Positions 24,076 to 33,261 of a stretch of 41,236 nt of DNA are shown one piece after another; position 1 is the stretch's first letter, and each line of letters starts with the position of its first letter. Under the pieces are notes generated by a model. The model had not been told where the DNA came from, made no database searches, and worked only from the letters and a program-made list of their open reading frames with translations. Origin of the DNA: Pseudomonadota bacterium (GTDB lineage Bacteria > Pseudomonadota > Alphaproteobacteria > Acetobacterales > Acetobacteraceae); NCBI GenBank assembly GCA_021807785.1, contig JAKBCO010000001.1, forward strand, positions 1 through 41,236, written 5' to 3'. Made by a program: the position numbers and the translations under genes.

Positions 24076-25026
24076 ATGCTGGACCATGACATGCAGGCCT
24101 GGATGGACGATCAGGCCCGCGCCGCCGCGACGATGCCGCCGATCCGGCTGGAAATCCCGCTCGACCCGCACCGGGTGACCAACGACGCGCTGGCGATGCG
24201 CATGGCCGGCGGCGGTCCGGCGATGGCGGAAACGGCGGATCGCTGGGTTTTCGCGCGCGGCCGGCGCATCCTCTGCCGGGTGCATCGCCCGCGCACCGAC
24301 GCGCTGCTCCCCGCGCTGATCTGGTTCCATGGCGGCGGCTGGGTCTGGGCGTCGATCGACACCCATGACCGGCTGATGCGCGAATACGCCGCCGGCGCCG
24401 GGGTGGCGGTGATCGGGGTGGATTACGCGCTGTCCCCGGAGGCGCGATTCCCGCAGGCAGTGGAGGAGTGCGCCGCGGTCACCCGCTTCCTGGCCGAGCA
24501 CGGCGCGGACTGGGGGATCGACCCGGCGCGGCTGATCCTGGGCGGCGATTCGGCGGGCGGCAATCTGGCGCTGGCCACCGCGCTGGCGCTGCGCGACGCC
24601 GGCGGGCCGCGCCCTTCGGGCATCCTGGCCGCCTATCCGGTCTGCGATTCCCGCTTCGACACCCCGAGCTACCGCGACTACGGCTCCGGCTACGGCCTGA
24701 CCACCGAGAAGATGCGCTTCTACTGGCAGGTCTATGTGCCGCATGACGCCGACCGCGCGCACCCGCTGGCCGCGCCGCTGCGCGCCGACCTCGCCGGGCT
24801 GCCCCCGGTGCGGCTGCTGATCGCCGAATGCGACGTGCTGCGGTCGGAATCCGAGGCGCTGGCGGGCAAGCTGCGCGATGCCGGGGTGCCGGTGGAGAGC
24901 ACGCTCTATACCGGCACCGTCCATGGCTTCATCCGCTGCCTCGACAGCGTGGGCAAGGCGCGGCAGGCGATGGCGGATGCCCTGGCCTGGCTGCGGGCGA
25001 TGGCGGACGGGGCGCGGAGCGGCTAA
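24076..25026 (+). CDS. Alpha/beta hydrolase, hormone-sensitive-lipase-type esterase/lipase
   Basis: 316 aa with the oxyanion motif HGGGW, the nucleophile elbow GDSAGG, and a C-terminal HGF. SD GGGAGAAG lies upstream. Confidence 0.9.
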   Translation: MLDHDMQAWMDDQARAAATMPPIRLEIPLDPHRVTNDALAMRMAGGGPAMAETADRWVFARGRRILCRVHRPRTDALLPALIWFHGGGWVWASIDTHDRLMREYAAGAGVAVIGVDYALSPEARFPQAVEECAAVTRFLAEHGADWGIDPARLILGGDSAGGNLALATALALRDAGGPRPSGILAAYPVCDSRFDTPSYRDYGSGYGLTTEKMRFYWQVYVPHDADRAHPLAAPLRADLAGLPPVRLLIAECDVLRSESEALAGKLRDAGVPVESTLYTGTVHGFIRCLDSVGKARQAMADALAWLRAMADGARSG

Positions 25027-25053
25027 GAAAGGCCGCTCCACCCAGGACCCAGG

Positions 25054-26181
25054 ATGCCGGCCGTTCTGCGCGTTTCCCGCCTCGACCGATACATCTTCCG
25101 CCAGTTGCTGGTCGGACTCGTCGCCGTCACCCTGGGGCTGACGGCGCTGATCTGGCTCACCCAATCGCTGCGCTTCGTGCGGCTGGTGGTGGATCACGGG
25201 CTGTCGTTCGGGGTGTTCCTGGCGCTGACCGGGCTGCTGGTGCCCAGCTTCGTCGCCGTGGTGCTGCCGATCACCACCTTCGTGGTGATCCAGTTCGTCT
25301 ATCAGCGGCTGGCCGGGGACCGCGAGATCACCGTGATGCGCGCCACCGGCCGATCGGATCTGGCCCTGGCCCGCCCGGCGCTTGTGCTGGCGCTGCTCGC
25401 CACCCTGACCTGCTATGGGCTCAACCTGTGGGGGGTGCCGGCCAGCTTCCGCGCCTTCGCCGGATATCGCTGGCAGATCTCGCACCAGCTGGCCGCCTTC
25501 CTGGTGCAGGACGGGGTGTTCACCCGGATCGCCCATGGGCTGACGGTCTATATCCAGCGCCGCGACCGCGACGGCATTTTGCACGGCATTCTGATCGATG
25601 ATGCGCGCAACCCGCAGGCGGCGGCGACGGTGATCGCCCGCTCCGGCCAGATGCTGCAAACCCGCGACGGTCCGGAAATCCTGCTGCGCGACGGCACCCG
25701 CCAGACCATCGACGCGCGCACCGGCCGGCTGGACATCCTCAGCTTCCGCCGCAACGTCCTGGACCTGACCGAGACCGGCGGCACGCCGGCCGCGCGGGTG
25801 CCGGGGATGGCCGAGGTCTCGCTGTCGCGGCTGCTGCATCCGCCCGCCTTCGTCGGCGCCGCCGACCGTCCGCGCTGGGTGGCGGAGGCGAACAAGCGGC
25901 TGTCCTCGCCGCTCGCCACCCTGACCTACGCCGCCATCGCCCTGCTCTCGGTGCTGACCGGCACCTTCCGCCGCCACGGGTCCTATCTGCGTCCGTTGGT
26001 GGCGGTGGGGATAGTGGTCGGGCTGATCGCGCTGCAACTGAGCTTCGGTGATCTCGCGGCGCGCAACAACGCGCTGATCCCGCTGATCTGGGCCGAGGCG
26101 GTGCTGCCGTGCCTGCTCGCCTTCGGATTGCTGCTCGGCCCCGATCTGCTGGCCCCGTCGCGGGAAGCGGTGCCGCAATGA
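25054..26181 (+). CDS. lptF: LPS export ABC transporter permease LptF
   Basis: 375 aa starting LDRYIFRQLLVGLVAVTLGLTALIWLTQSLRFV (YjgP/YjgQ permease family). It is followed immediately by a paralogous permease and then lptD. Confidence 0.88.
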   Translation: MPAVLRVSRLDRYIFRQLLVGLVAVTLGLTALIWLTQSLRFVRLVVDHGLSFGVFLALTGLLVPSFVAVVLPITTFVVIQFVYQRLAGDREITVMRATGRSDLALARPALVLALLATLTCYGLNLWGVPASFRAFAGYRWQISHQLAAFLVQDGVFTRIAHGLTVYIQRRDRDGILHGILIDDARNPQAAATVIARSGQMLQTRDGPEILLRDGTRQTIDARTGRLDILSFRRNVLDLTETGGTPAARVPGMAEVSLSRLLHPPAFVGAADRPRWVAEANKRLSSPLATLTYAAIALLSVLTGTFRRHGSYLRPLVAVGIVVGLIALQLSFGDLAARNNALIPLIWAEAVLPCLLAFGLLLGPDLLAPSREAVPQ

Positions 26182-27293
26182 CCGCCCCATTCACCCTGGC
26201 CAGGTATGTGGTCCGCCAGTTCACGGTGGCGGTGCTGGCGGCTCTGGCGGGCCTCACCGGCTTCGTCGCGCTGTTCGACTTCATCGATCTGCTGCGCCGC
26301 GCCACCGGCCATCCCGGCACCGGCCTCGGCGTGGTCACCGCCATCGCGCTGCTGCGCCTGCCTTATCTGGGCTTGCAGGTGCTGCCGTTCGCGGTGCTGG
26401 TGGGCGGGATGATGAGTTTCTGGCGGCTCACCCGCAGCTCCGAGCTGGTGGTGGCGCGCGCGGCCGGGGTCTCGGCCTGGGGGTTCCTGGCCGCGCCGGT
26501 CGCCGCGGCGGCGCTGCTGGGCATCTTCGCCACCGCCGCGATCAGCCCGCTGTCGTCGGTGATGTTCGCCCGCGCCAACATGATGATCGATCGCGATCTG
26601 TCCACCGGCGGCGGGCCGGTGGCGCTGAATGGCGGGCAGCTCTGGCTGCGTCAGGCCGACCGCACACCCGCTGGCACGGAAGGGGTGGCGATTCTCCACG
26701 CCCACGACGTGGCGGTGCATGGCGCCACCCTGTCCGGCGGGCCGGTGACGGTGTTCCGCCTCGGCCCCGATGGCGGATTCCTCAGCCGGATCGAAGCCGC
26801 CTCGGCAACCTTGGCGGATGGGGCCTGGACCCTGACCGCGGCGCGGGCGATGCTGGCGGATGCCCCCCCCGCCGCGCCGAGGACGATGCGCTTGCCCACC
26901 GACCTGACCGTCCGGCGCATCGAGGAGAGCTTCGCGCCGCCCGACTCGCTCTCCGTCTGGCAGCTGCCGGGGTTCATCGCGCTCTTGCGCCGGTCCGGGT
27001 TCTCCTCGGTGCGTGACCGGCTGCATTTCCAGACGCTGCTGGCGCTGCCGCTGCTGACCGCCACCATGACCCTGGTGGCGGCGGGATTCTCGATGCGCCC
27101 GGCGCGGCGCGGGGGGGTGGCGCGGATGCTGGGCAGCGGCGTGGCCGCCGGCTTCGTGCTCTTCATGATTGCCAAGCTGGCCGAGCAGTTCGGTGATTCC
27201 GGCGCGGTGCCGGTGACCCTGGCGGCCTGGGCGCCGGCCGGGTCGGGGCTGATGCTGGCGCTGGCGCTGCTGCTGCACATGGAAGACGGCTGA
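26178..27293 (+). CDS. lptG: LPS export ABC transporter permease LptG
   Basis: Trimmed from 26109 to ATG 26178, which forms an ATGA overlap with the lptF stop. LARYVVRQFTVAVLAALAGLTGFVALFDFIDLLRR is the YjgP/YjgQ family N-terminus. Length is 371 aa. Confidence 0.88.
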   Translation: MTAPFTLARYVVRQFTVAVLAALAGLTGFVALFDFIDLLRRATGHPGTGLGVVTAIALLRLPYLGLQVLPFAVLVGGMMSFWRLTRSSELVVARAAGVSAWGFLAAPVAAAALLGIFATAAISPLSSVMFARANMMIDRDLSTGGGPVALNGGQLWLRQADRTPAGTEGVAILHAHDVAVHGATLSGGPVTVFRLGPDGGFLSRIEAASATLADGAWTLTAARAMLADAPPAAPRTMRLPTDLTVRRIEESFAPPDSLSVWQLPGFIALLRRSGFSSVRDRLHFQTLLALPLLTATMTLVAAGFSMRPARRGGVARMLGSGVAAGFVLFMIAKLAEQFGDSGAVPVTLAAWAPAGSGLMLALALLLHMEDG

Positions 27294-29488
27294 TGCGCCG
27301 GTTCCTCGCGGCCGTCGCGGCGCTGACCTTGATGATGGCCGGGGCCCGGGCGGCCGGGGTGATGGCCACCCCGCGGATCAGCCGCACCGCCCCGGTGGGC
27401 TTCACCGCCGATTCCGTCCGCTACGAGCGCAACCGCACCCTGGTGGTGGCCACCGGCCATGTCGAGGCCTGGCAGAACAACACCGTCCTGCGCGCCGACA
27501 AGGTGACCTTCGACCGCACCACCGGCGTCGCCACCGCCATCGGCCACGTGGTGATCATCGAACCGGACGGCACCGTGCTCTATGCCCGCACGGCGACGCT
27601 GTCGCACCAGATGCGCGACGGCATCCTGCGCCAGCTCGCCGCAAGATTGCAGCAGAACGCGCGGCTGGTGGCCAATGCCGGCAAGCGCACCAAGGGCGTG
27701 CTGGACCAGCTGTCGAAGGTGGTCTATTCCACCTGCAACCTTTGCCGGAAACATCCTGACCGTCCGCCGCTGTGGCAGATCCGCGCCGCCTCCGCGGCCG
27801 AGGACAGCCAGCACAAGCGCATCGAGTTCACCGATACCGAGATGCAGATTCTCGGCATTCCGGTGGCGTGGTTCCCGTATTTCTGGACCGCCGATCCCTC
27901 GGTCAAGCGCGCCAGCGGGCTGCTGATCCCGAGCTTCGGGGTGAACTCCAACCTCGGCGCCTTCTTCGCCCAGCCCTGGTACCAGGTGATCGACGGGCAG
28001 TCGGACGCCGTCATCACGCCGATGCTGTCCACCCGGGTCGGGCCGAATCTGGATATCGCCTATCGGCGCCGGTTCAACAGCGGCGAGATCTGGGTCAACG
28101 GCTCGGCGGGCTATCTGGGCCACGGGCTGCAAGGCAGCCTCTACACGCACGGGCAGTTCGATCTCAACCACACCTGGCGCTGGGGCTTCAACATCAACCG
28201 CGCCAGCTCGGCGCAGTACGTGAACGATTTCCATCTGGGCGATCAGACCGCGCTCAACCTGACCGTGCTGAGCAGCCAGATCTATGCCGAGGGGTTCGGG
28301 GAGGGCGCATATGCCCGCATCGACACCCAGTTCTACCAGAGCATCGACCCGGGGGCGATCGCCGACAGCCTGCTGCCGGTGGTGCTGCCCCATGCGCGCT
28401 ATCGCTATTTCGGCCGTACCGATTCCCTGGGCGGGCGGCTTCAGGTGGCCGCCGGGTTCTTCAACGTGCTGCGCGCCAATGGCACCAACACGCGCCGCGC
28501 CCGGCTCACCCTGGACTGGGATCGTCCGTTCACCGGGCAACTCGGGGATCTGTGGACCCTGCGGCTGCATCTGGACGCGGTGGGCTACAACGCGACCCAT
28601 TTCAACGAGCAACCCAATTTCGGCCCCACCGACACCGTCAACGCCGCCCGCGCCCTGCCGCAGATGGCGCTGGACGTGCGCTGGCCGTTCGCCCGCGACG
28701 CCGGCGCCTGGGGCACCCAGCTGATCGAGCCGATGGCCGAGCTGGTGGTGGCCCCCGCCGTCGGCGCCAGCCAGAACTGGCGTTATCCCAACGAGGACAG
28801 TTTCGGTTTCGCCTTCACCGACGCCAATCTGTTCGGCTTCAACCGGTTTAGCGGGGTGGATCGGCTGGACGGCGGGGTGCGGCTCAACCTGGCGCTGCAT
28901 GGGGCGTGGTATCTTGGCAGCACGGCGCTGGATGCGCTGATCGGCCAATCCTTCCGTACCGCGCCGGACCGCGCCATGCCGGTCGGCTCGGGGCTTTCCG
29001 GTACCGTCTCCGACATCGTCGGGCGGGTGACGTTCACGCCGGCGCAGTGGCTCTCGTTGACATACCGCACTCGGCTGGATCGGCACACGCTCGCCACCCG
29101 CTATGCCGAGGCCACCGCCGCGGTGGGGCCGCCCAGGCTGCGGCTGACCGGCGGTTATCTCTATACCAGTTTCGACCCGTATTTCTACTACGATCAGGCG
29201 GCCCCGCCGCCGGTCGGGTCGAGCTACTATTTTCCCCGCAAGGAGGCGCTGCTGGGCCTGTCCACCGCCTGGGGGCGCTGGCGGCTGAACGGATTCGCCC
29301 AGCGCGACCTGGCGCGCAACCAGATGATCGCCGCCGGGGCGGACCTGATCTACGAGAACGAATGCCTGATCCTGGATTTCCGCTTCTACCGGCGCTTCAC
29401 CTATCTGGCCGGCTACGGCAATTCCACCACCTTCCTGATCCAGATCACCTTCAAGACCATCGGCCAATTCGGCTTCCGCGCCCTGTGA
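27293..29488 (+). CDS. lptD: LPS-assembly outer-membrane protein LptD (OstA)
   Basis: 731 aa with a signal peptide MRRFLAAVAALTLMMAGARAAG. It has an OstA N-terminal domain (FTADSVRYERNRTLVVATGHVEAWQNNTVLRADKVTFDRTTGVATAIGHVVI) and a long beta-barrel region ending in aromatic residues. The ATG shares 1 nt with the lptG TGA. Confidence 0.9.
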   Translation: MRRFLAAVAALTLMMAGARAAGVMATPRISRTAPVGFTADSVRYERNRTLVVATGHVEAWQNNTVLRADKVTFDRTTGVATAIGHVVIIEPDGTVLYARTATLSHQMRDGILRQLAARLQQNARLVANAGKRTKGVLDQLSKVVYSTCNLCRKHPDRPPLWQIRAASAAEDSQHKRIEFTDTEMQILGIPVAWFPYFWTADPSVKRASGLLIPSFGVNSNLGAFFAQPWYQVIDGQSDAVITPMLSTRVGPNLDIAYRRRFNSGEIWVNGSAGYLGHGLQGSLYTHGQFDLNHTWRWGFNINRASSAQYVNDFHLGDQTALNLTVLSSQIYAEGFGEGAYARIDTQFYQSIDPGAIADSLLPVVLPHARYRYFGRTDSLGGRLQVAAGFFNVLRANGTNTRRARLTLDWDRPFTGQLGDLWTLRLHLDAVGYNATHFNEQPNFGPTDTVNAARALPQMALDVRWPFARDAGAWGTQLIEPMAELVVAPAVGASQNWRYPNEDSFGFAFTDANLFGFNRFSGVDRLDGGVRLNLALHGAWYLGSTALDALIGQSFRTAPDRAMPVGSGLSGTVSDIVGRVTFTPAQWLSLTYRTRLDRHTLATRYAEATAAVGPPRLRLTGGYLYTSFDPYFYYDQAAPPPVGSSYYFPRKEALLGLSTAWGRWRLNGFAQRDLARNQMIAAGADLIYENECLILDFRFYRRFTYLAGYGNSTTFLIQITFKTIGQFGFRAL

Positions 29489-29501
29489 GACCCATTCCAT
29501 C

Positions 29502-30797
29502 ATGCTGACGCTTCGTTCGCTTGCCCTGCTGGCGCTGCTCGTCCCCGTCGCGTATGGCGCTCCGGCCCCGGCCCCGGCCCCGGCCCCGGCGCCGATGGTG
29601 CGCATCGTCGCCACGGTGAACCATACCCCGATCACCAATCTGGACATCGACAATCGGGCCCGGCTGTTCGCGCTCTCGGCCGGGCTCACGCTGGCGCCCG
29701 ACGTGCTGGACCGGCTGCGTCCGCAGATCCTGCGCCAGCTGATCGACGAGCGGCTGCGGATGCAGGCGGTCGAGCGCGCGCATATCGTCGTGCCCACCAA
29801 GGCGATCGCGGATGCCATCCGCGGCATCGAGAAGCGCAACGGCATGGCCCCCGGCACGCTCCGCAAGCGGCTGGCGGCCAAGGGGGTCAGCTTCACCACC
29901 CTGGTCGATCAGGTGCGCACCCAGCTCGGCTGGACCGAGTTGCTGCGCGACGAGCTCGGCCCGCGCGGGCGGATCAGCGCGGCGGCGGTGAAGGCGCGCC
30001 AGGCGTTGCTGGCGGCGCAGAACGGGCTGGGCGAATACCATGTGGCGGAGATTTTCATCCCAGCTCAGAGCGCGCAATCCCGCGCCGCCGCCGGGCGGTT
30101 CGCCGATACCGTCATCACCGCGCTGCGCGCCGGCGCGCCGTTCGCCGTCACCGCCGCCGAGTTCTCGCAAAGCCAGACCGCGCTCGCCGGCGGCGATCTG
30201 GGCTGGGTCACCGCCAACCAGCTGGACCCGGCGGTGGCGAAGATCGTGGCGGAGATGCCGGTCGGCGCCGTCAGCAACCCCATCAGGGTGCCGGGCGGGC
30301 TCGACATCGTCACTCTGATCGACAAGCGGGTGGCCGGACAGGATATCGAGACAGTGGTGGATGCGCGGCAGGTGTTCCTGCCGTTCTCCACCCCGCTTAA
30401 TCCCAACGCGCCGACCGCGGCGCAGGTGGCGCTGCTGGCGCGGGCGCACCGGATCGCGACCAGGGTCACGAGTTGCGCGCAGATGGAGCAGGAGGCGGTT
30501 CGGGTACACTCGCCGCGCCCAGCCGACCCCGGCCCGATCGACCTCGCCCATGTGCAGCCGCCAGCGTTCCGCCAGATGCTCGCCAGCCTGCCGCTGGGCA
30601 CGGCGTCGAAGCCGCTGGTCGCGCCGGACGGGATCGCGGTGCTCATCATCTGCTCGCGCACGCAGAAGAACGTGGCCGAACTGACGCCCGAGCAGATCCG
30701 CCTGCAGATCCTGGAACAGCGGGTGGATCTGCTGTCGCGGCAGTTGCAGCAGGATCTGCGCAGCCAGGCCGATATCGAGACGTTCCCCCGCCGCTGA
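29502..30797 (+). CDS. surA: Periplasmic chaperone / peptidyl-prolyl isomerase SurA
   Basis: 431 aa with a signal peptide and a SurA N-terminal domain (VATVNHTPITNLDIDNR...LRQLIDERL). A parvulin domain follows (YHVAEIFIP...FSQSQTALAGGDLGWV). Its position directly after lptD is canonical. Confidence 0.88.
   Translation: MLTLRSLALLALLVPVAYGAPAPAPAPAPAPMVRIVATVNHTPITNLDIDNRARLFALSAGLTLAPDVLDRLRPQILRQLIDERLRMQAVERAHIVVPTKAIADAIRGIEKRNGMAPGTLRKRLAAKGVSFTTLVDQVRTQLGWTELLRDELGPRGRISAAAVKARQALLAAQNGLGEYHVAEIFIPAQSAQSRAAAGRFADTVITALRAGAPFAVTAAEFSQSQTALAGGDLGWVTANQLDPAVAKIVAEMPVGAVSNPIRVPGGLDIVTLIDKRVAGQDIETVVDARQVFLPFSTPLNPNAPTAAQVALLARAHRIATRVTSCAQMEQEAVRVHSPRPADPGPIDLAHVQPPAFRQMLASLPLGTASKPLVAPDGIAVLIICSRTQKNVAELTPEQIRLQILEQRVDLLSRQLQQDLRSQADIETFPRR
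29562..29591 (+). repeat. Hexanucleotide tandem repeat: (CCGGCC) x4 plus one imperfect unit
   Basis: CCGGCC CCGGCC CCGGCC CCGGCC CCGGCG is in frame in surA. It encodes (Ala-Pro)6 directly after the predicted signal-peptide cleavage site (VAYG/APAPAPAPAPAP). Confidence 0.9.
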
Positions 30798-30804
30798 CTT
30801 CGGT

Positions 30805-32043
30805 TCAGGCGCGCGCGCGTTCCGTCGGCGCGGCCTCGGCGCGGGCGATGTAATCGCGCGTCAGCGGCACCGCTTCCTGCGTGTGGGCATACTGGATCTG
30901 GAACACCATCATGTTCTCGCGGCGGAACGAGAGCTCGCTGCCGGCGAGATAGAACTCGAACATCCGGCAGAAGCGCTCGTCGTAGATCGAGGCGATAGTG
31001 TCGCGGTTGGCGGCGAAGCGGCGGCGCCAGTGACGCAGCGTCTCGGCATAGTGCAGGCGCAGGATTTCGATATCCGTGACCAGCAGGCCGGACCGCTCCG
31101 AGGCGGCGAGGGTTTCCGACAGCGCCGGGCAATAGCCGCCGGGGAAGATGTATTTGGTCAGCCAGGGGTTGGTGCCGCCGGGCCCCTCGTTGCGCCCGAT
31201 CGCGTGCAGCAGCGCCACCCCGTCCGGGGCCAGCAGCCGGTGCACGGTGTCGAAAAAGACGCGGTAGTGGTCCACCCCCACATGCTCGAACATGCCGACC
31301 GAGACGATGCGGTCGAACCGGCCGGTCATGGCGCGGTAGTCGCGGAGTTCGAAGCGCACCTGCCCGGCCAGGCCCTCCGCCTCGGCCCGCTTGCGCGCCG
31401 CTTCGAACTGTTCCACCGAGAGCGTGATCCCGGTCACCCGCGCCCCGTAGTCGCGCGCCAGGGTCAGCGCCATGCCGCCCCAGCCGCAGCCGATGTCCAG
31501 CACTTCGAGGCCCGGGCGGTCCAACCGCAGCTTGGCGGCGATATGCCGCTTCTTGGCCGCCTGGGCGGCTTCCAGGGTTTCGTCCCCGCGCGGGAAATAG
31601 GCGCAGGAGTATTGCCGGTCCCGATCCAGGAACAGGCTGTAGAGGCGCCCGTCCAGGTCATAGTGATGCGCCACGTTGCGCCGCGCCCGCGGCGCCGGAT
31701 TGAACTGATCGAGCCGCCGGCGCAGCCGCCGCAGCGCGGCCGAGGCGCGCAGCGCCGGATGCCGGTCCCGGTTCTGCATCAGGTTCAGCATCAGCACGTC
31801 CAGCAGGTCGTAGATGGCGCAGCCCAGCGGGGCCAGGGTGCCGGCCATATACGCCTCGCCCAGCGCCAGCGTCGGGTTCAGCAGCAGCCGGCGGACGGTG
31901 CGCGCGTCGGTGACGCGCATGGCGGCGGACGGCCCCGACCCGGGCGGACCGGCGAAATCCTGCGAAGCTCCGTCCGGCCATTGCACCCGCAACGTGCCGT
32001 GGGTGATGAAACGGGCAAGCATGGCCGCGCAGACAGCCTGCAT
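30805..32043 (-). CDS. cfa: Cyclopropane-fatty-acyl-phospholipid synthase (CMAS family SAM methyltransferase)
   Basis: Trimmed from 32172 to ATG 32043 (MQAVCAAM...), which has a purine-rich SD. Motifs include NVAHHYDLDGRLYSLFLDRDRQYSCAYF, LDIGCGWGGMA (SAM motif I), SVGMFEHVG and FPGGYCPAL. Confidence 0.9.
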   Translation of the reverse strand: MQAVCAAMLARFITHGTLRVQWPDGASQDFAGPPGSGPSAAMRVTDARTVRRLLLNPTLALGEAYMAGTLAPLGCAIYDLLDVLMLNLMQNRDRHPALRASAALRRLRRRLDQFNPAPRARRNVAHHYDLDGRLYSLFLDRDRQYSCAYFPRGDETLEAAQAAKKRHIAAKLRLDRPGLEVLDIGCGWGGMALTLARDYGARVTGITLSVEQFEAARKRAEAEGLAGQVRFELRDYRAMTGRFDRIVSVGMFEHVGVDHYRVFFDTVHRLLAPDGVALLHAIGRNEGPGGTNPWLTKYIFPGGYCPALSETLAASERSGLLVTDIEILRLHYAETLRHWRRRFAANRDTIASIYDERFCRMFEFYLAGSELSFRRENMMVFQIQYAHTQEAVPLTRDYIARAEAAPTERARA

Positions 32044-32182
32044 GGTTCTTCCCCCTTTGGTTCCCGGAGGCCGATCATTGCGCCGCCCGGCGGGTTCGTC
32101 AAAGCCCCGCTTGCCGCGCCGGCCGGACCGGTCAAGTATCCCCCCAAGCCGCCGCGGCGGCGCAACAGGCACCGAGGAAACG

Positions 32183-33244
32183 ATGGCCGACCGCTACAAC
32201 AACTACACCCTGACCAAGGCCCGCACCCACGGGCGGCCGGGACGCGCGCTTCGTCCCGCCGGCACCACCATCGACATGCACGCACATATGATCGTCGAGG
32301 AAGCCGCCGCCCTGGTGGCCCCGCACCTGCCGGCCGACTCGCGCGCGCAGTTCTACACCGAAGAAACGAAATTCCTGACCCGCAAGCAGGACCAGGACCG
32401 GCACCGCCACCAGATCGACCTCGACCTGCGGCTTTCGGTGATGGACGAGATGGGGGTGGACATGCAGATCATCTCCCCCGCCCCGCCGCAGTGCTACTAC
32501 ACCGTCTCCCCCGAGCTCGGGATCAAGGCGGCGCAGGTGGTCAATGACGGCGTGACCGCCTTTTGCGCCCGCCGCCCGGACCGGCTGGCCCCGCTCGGCA
32601 CCGTGCCGTTGCAGGCCGGCGGCGCGGCGGCGGCCGAGGAGCTCGCGCGCTGCATGGGTCCGCTCAAGATGAAGGGGGTCGAGATCCTCACCCATGTCGG
32701 CGAGAAGGAGATTTCCGACCCGGGCCTCGAGCCGTTCTGGGACCGCGCCGAGGCGCTGGGGGCGGTGGTGATGATCCACCCCGCCGGCTTCACCGAGGCG
32801 CGGCGGTTCGGGAAGTATTACTTCAACAACGTGATCGGCAATCCGTTCGACACCACCATGGCGCTGCACTACCTGATCTTCGACGGGGTGCTGTTGCGCC
32901 ACCCGAAGCTCAAGCTGGTGGCGGTGCATGGGGGGGGCTACTTGCCGGCCTATTCCGGGCGGATCGATCACGCCTGGGGGGCGCGCAGCGACAGCCATGG
33001 CGACCTGCCGGACGCCCCCACCACCTACCTCAAGCGGGTCTATTTCGACGGGATCGTCTTCACCCCGCACCAGCTCGAGGCGCTGGTGTCCCTGTTCGGT
33101 GCCGATCATGTGATGATGGGCACCGACTACCCGTTCGACATGGGCGAATACGACCCGATCGGCCATCTCGCCTCGGCCCGGCTGTCCTCCGATCAGACCG
33201 CCGCCATCGCCGGCGGCACCGCCCGCGCCCTGTTCGGCCTGTAA
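32183..33244 (+). CDS. Amidohydrolase_2 family protein (ACMSD/LigW-type metal-dependent decarboxylase/hydrolase)
   Basis: Trimmed to ATG 32183 with SD GAGGAA. Motifs include IDMHAHM (metal-binding HxH), VMIHP, VAVHGGGY and MMGTDYPFD (terminal metal-binding Asp). Confidence 0.82.
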   Translation: MADRYNNYTLTKARTHGRPGRALRPAGTTIDMHAHMIVEEAAALVAPHLPADSRAQFYTEETKFLTRKQDQDRHRHQIDLDLRLSVMDEMGVDMQIISPAPPQCYYTVSPELGIKAAQVVNDGVTAFCARRPDRLAPLGTVPLQAGGAAAAEELARCMGPLKMKGVEILTHVGEKEISDPGLEPFWDRAEALGAVVMIHPAGFTEARRFGKYYFNNVIGNPFDTTMALHYLIFDGVLLRHPKLKLVAVHGGGYLPAYSGRIDHAWGARSDSHGDLPDAPTTYLKRVYFDGIVFTPHQLEALVSLFGADHVMMGTDYPFDMGEYDPIGHLASARLSSDQTAAIAGGTARALFGL

Positions 33245-33261
33245 CCAGCAAGGAACCTGCC

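Noticed and set aside
23452-26190. A 912-aa minus-strand ORF that could be read as a giant GNAT fusion protein.
   Set aside because: Only the C-terminal 180 codons look like a real protein (the Pat-type GNAT, with an ATG and GAGGAG at 23994). Everything upstream is antisense to the esterase and lptF genes and is low complexity.
26651-29899. A 1082-aa minus-strand ORF spanning lptG, lptD and the start of surA.
   Set aside because: It crosses three well-supported plus-strand genes. Its composition is that of a shadow ORF (Gly/Arg/Ala/Pro-rich), and it has no family signature.
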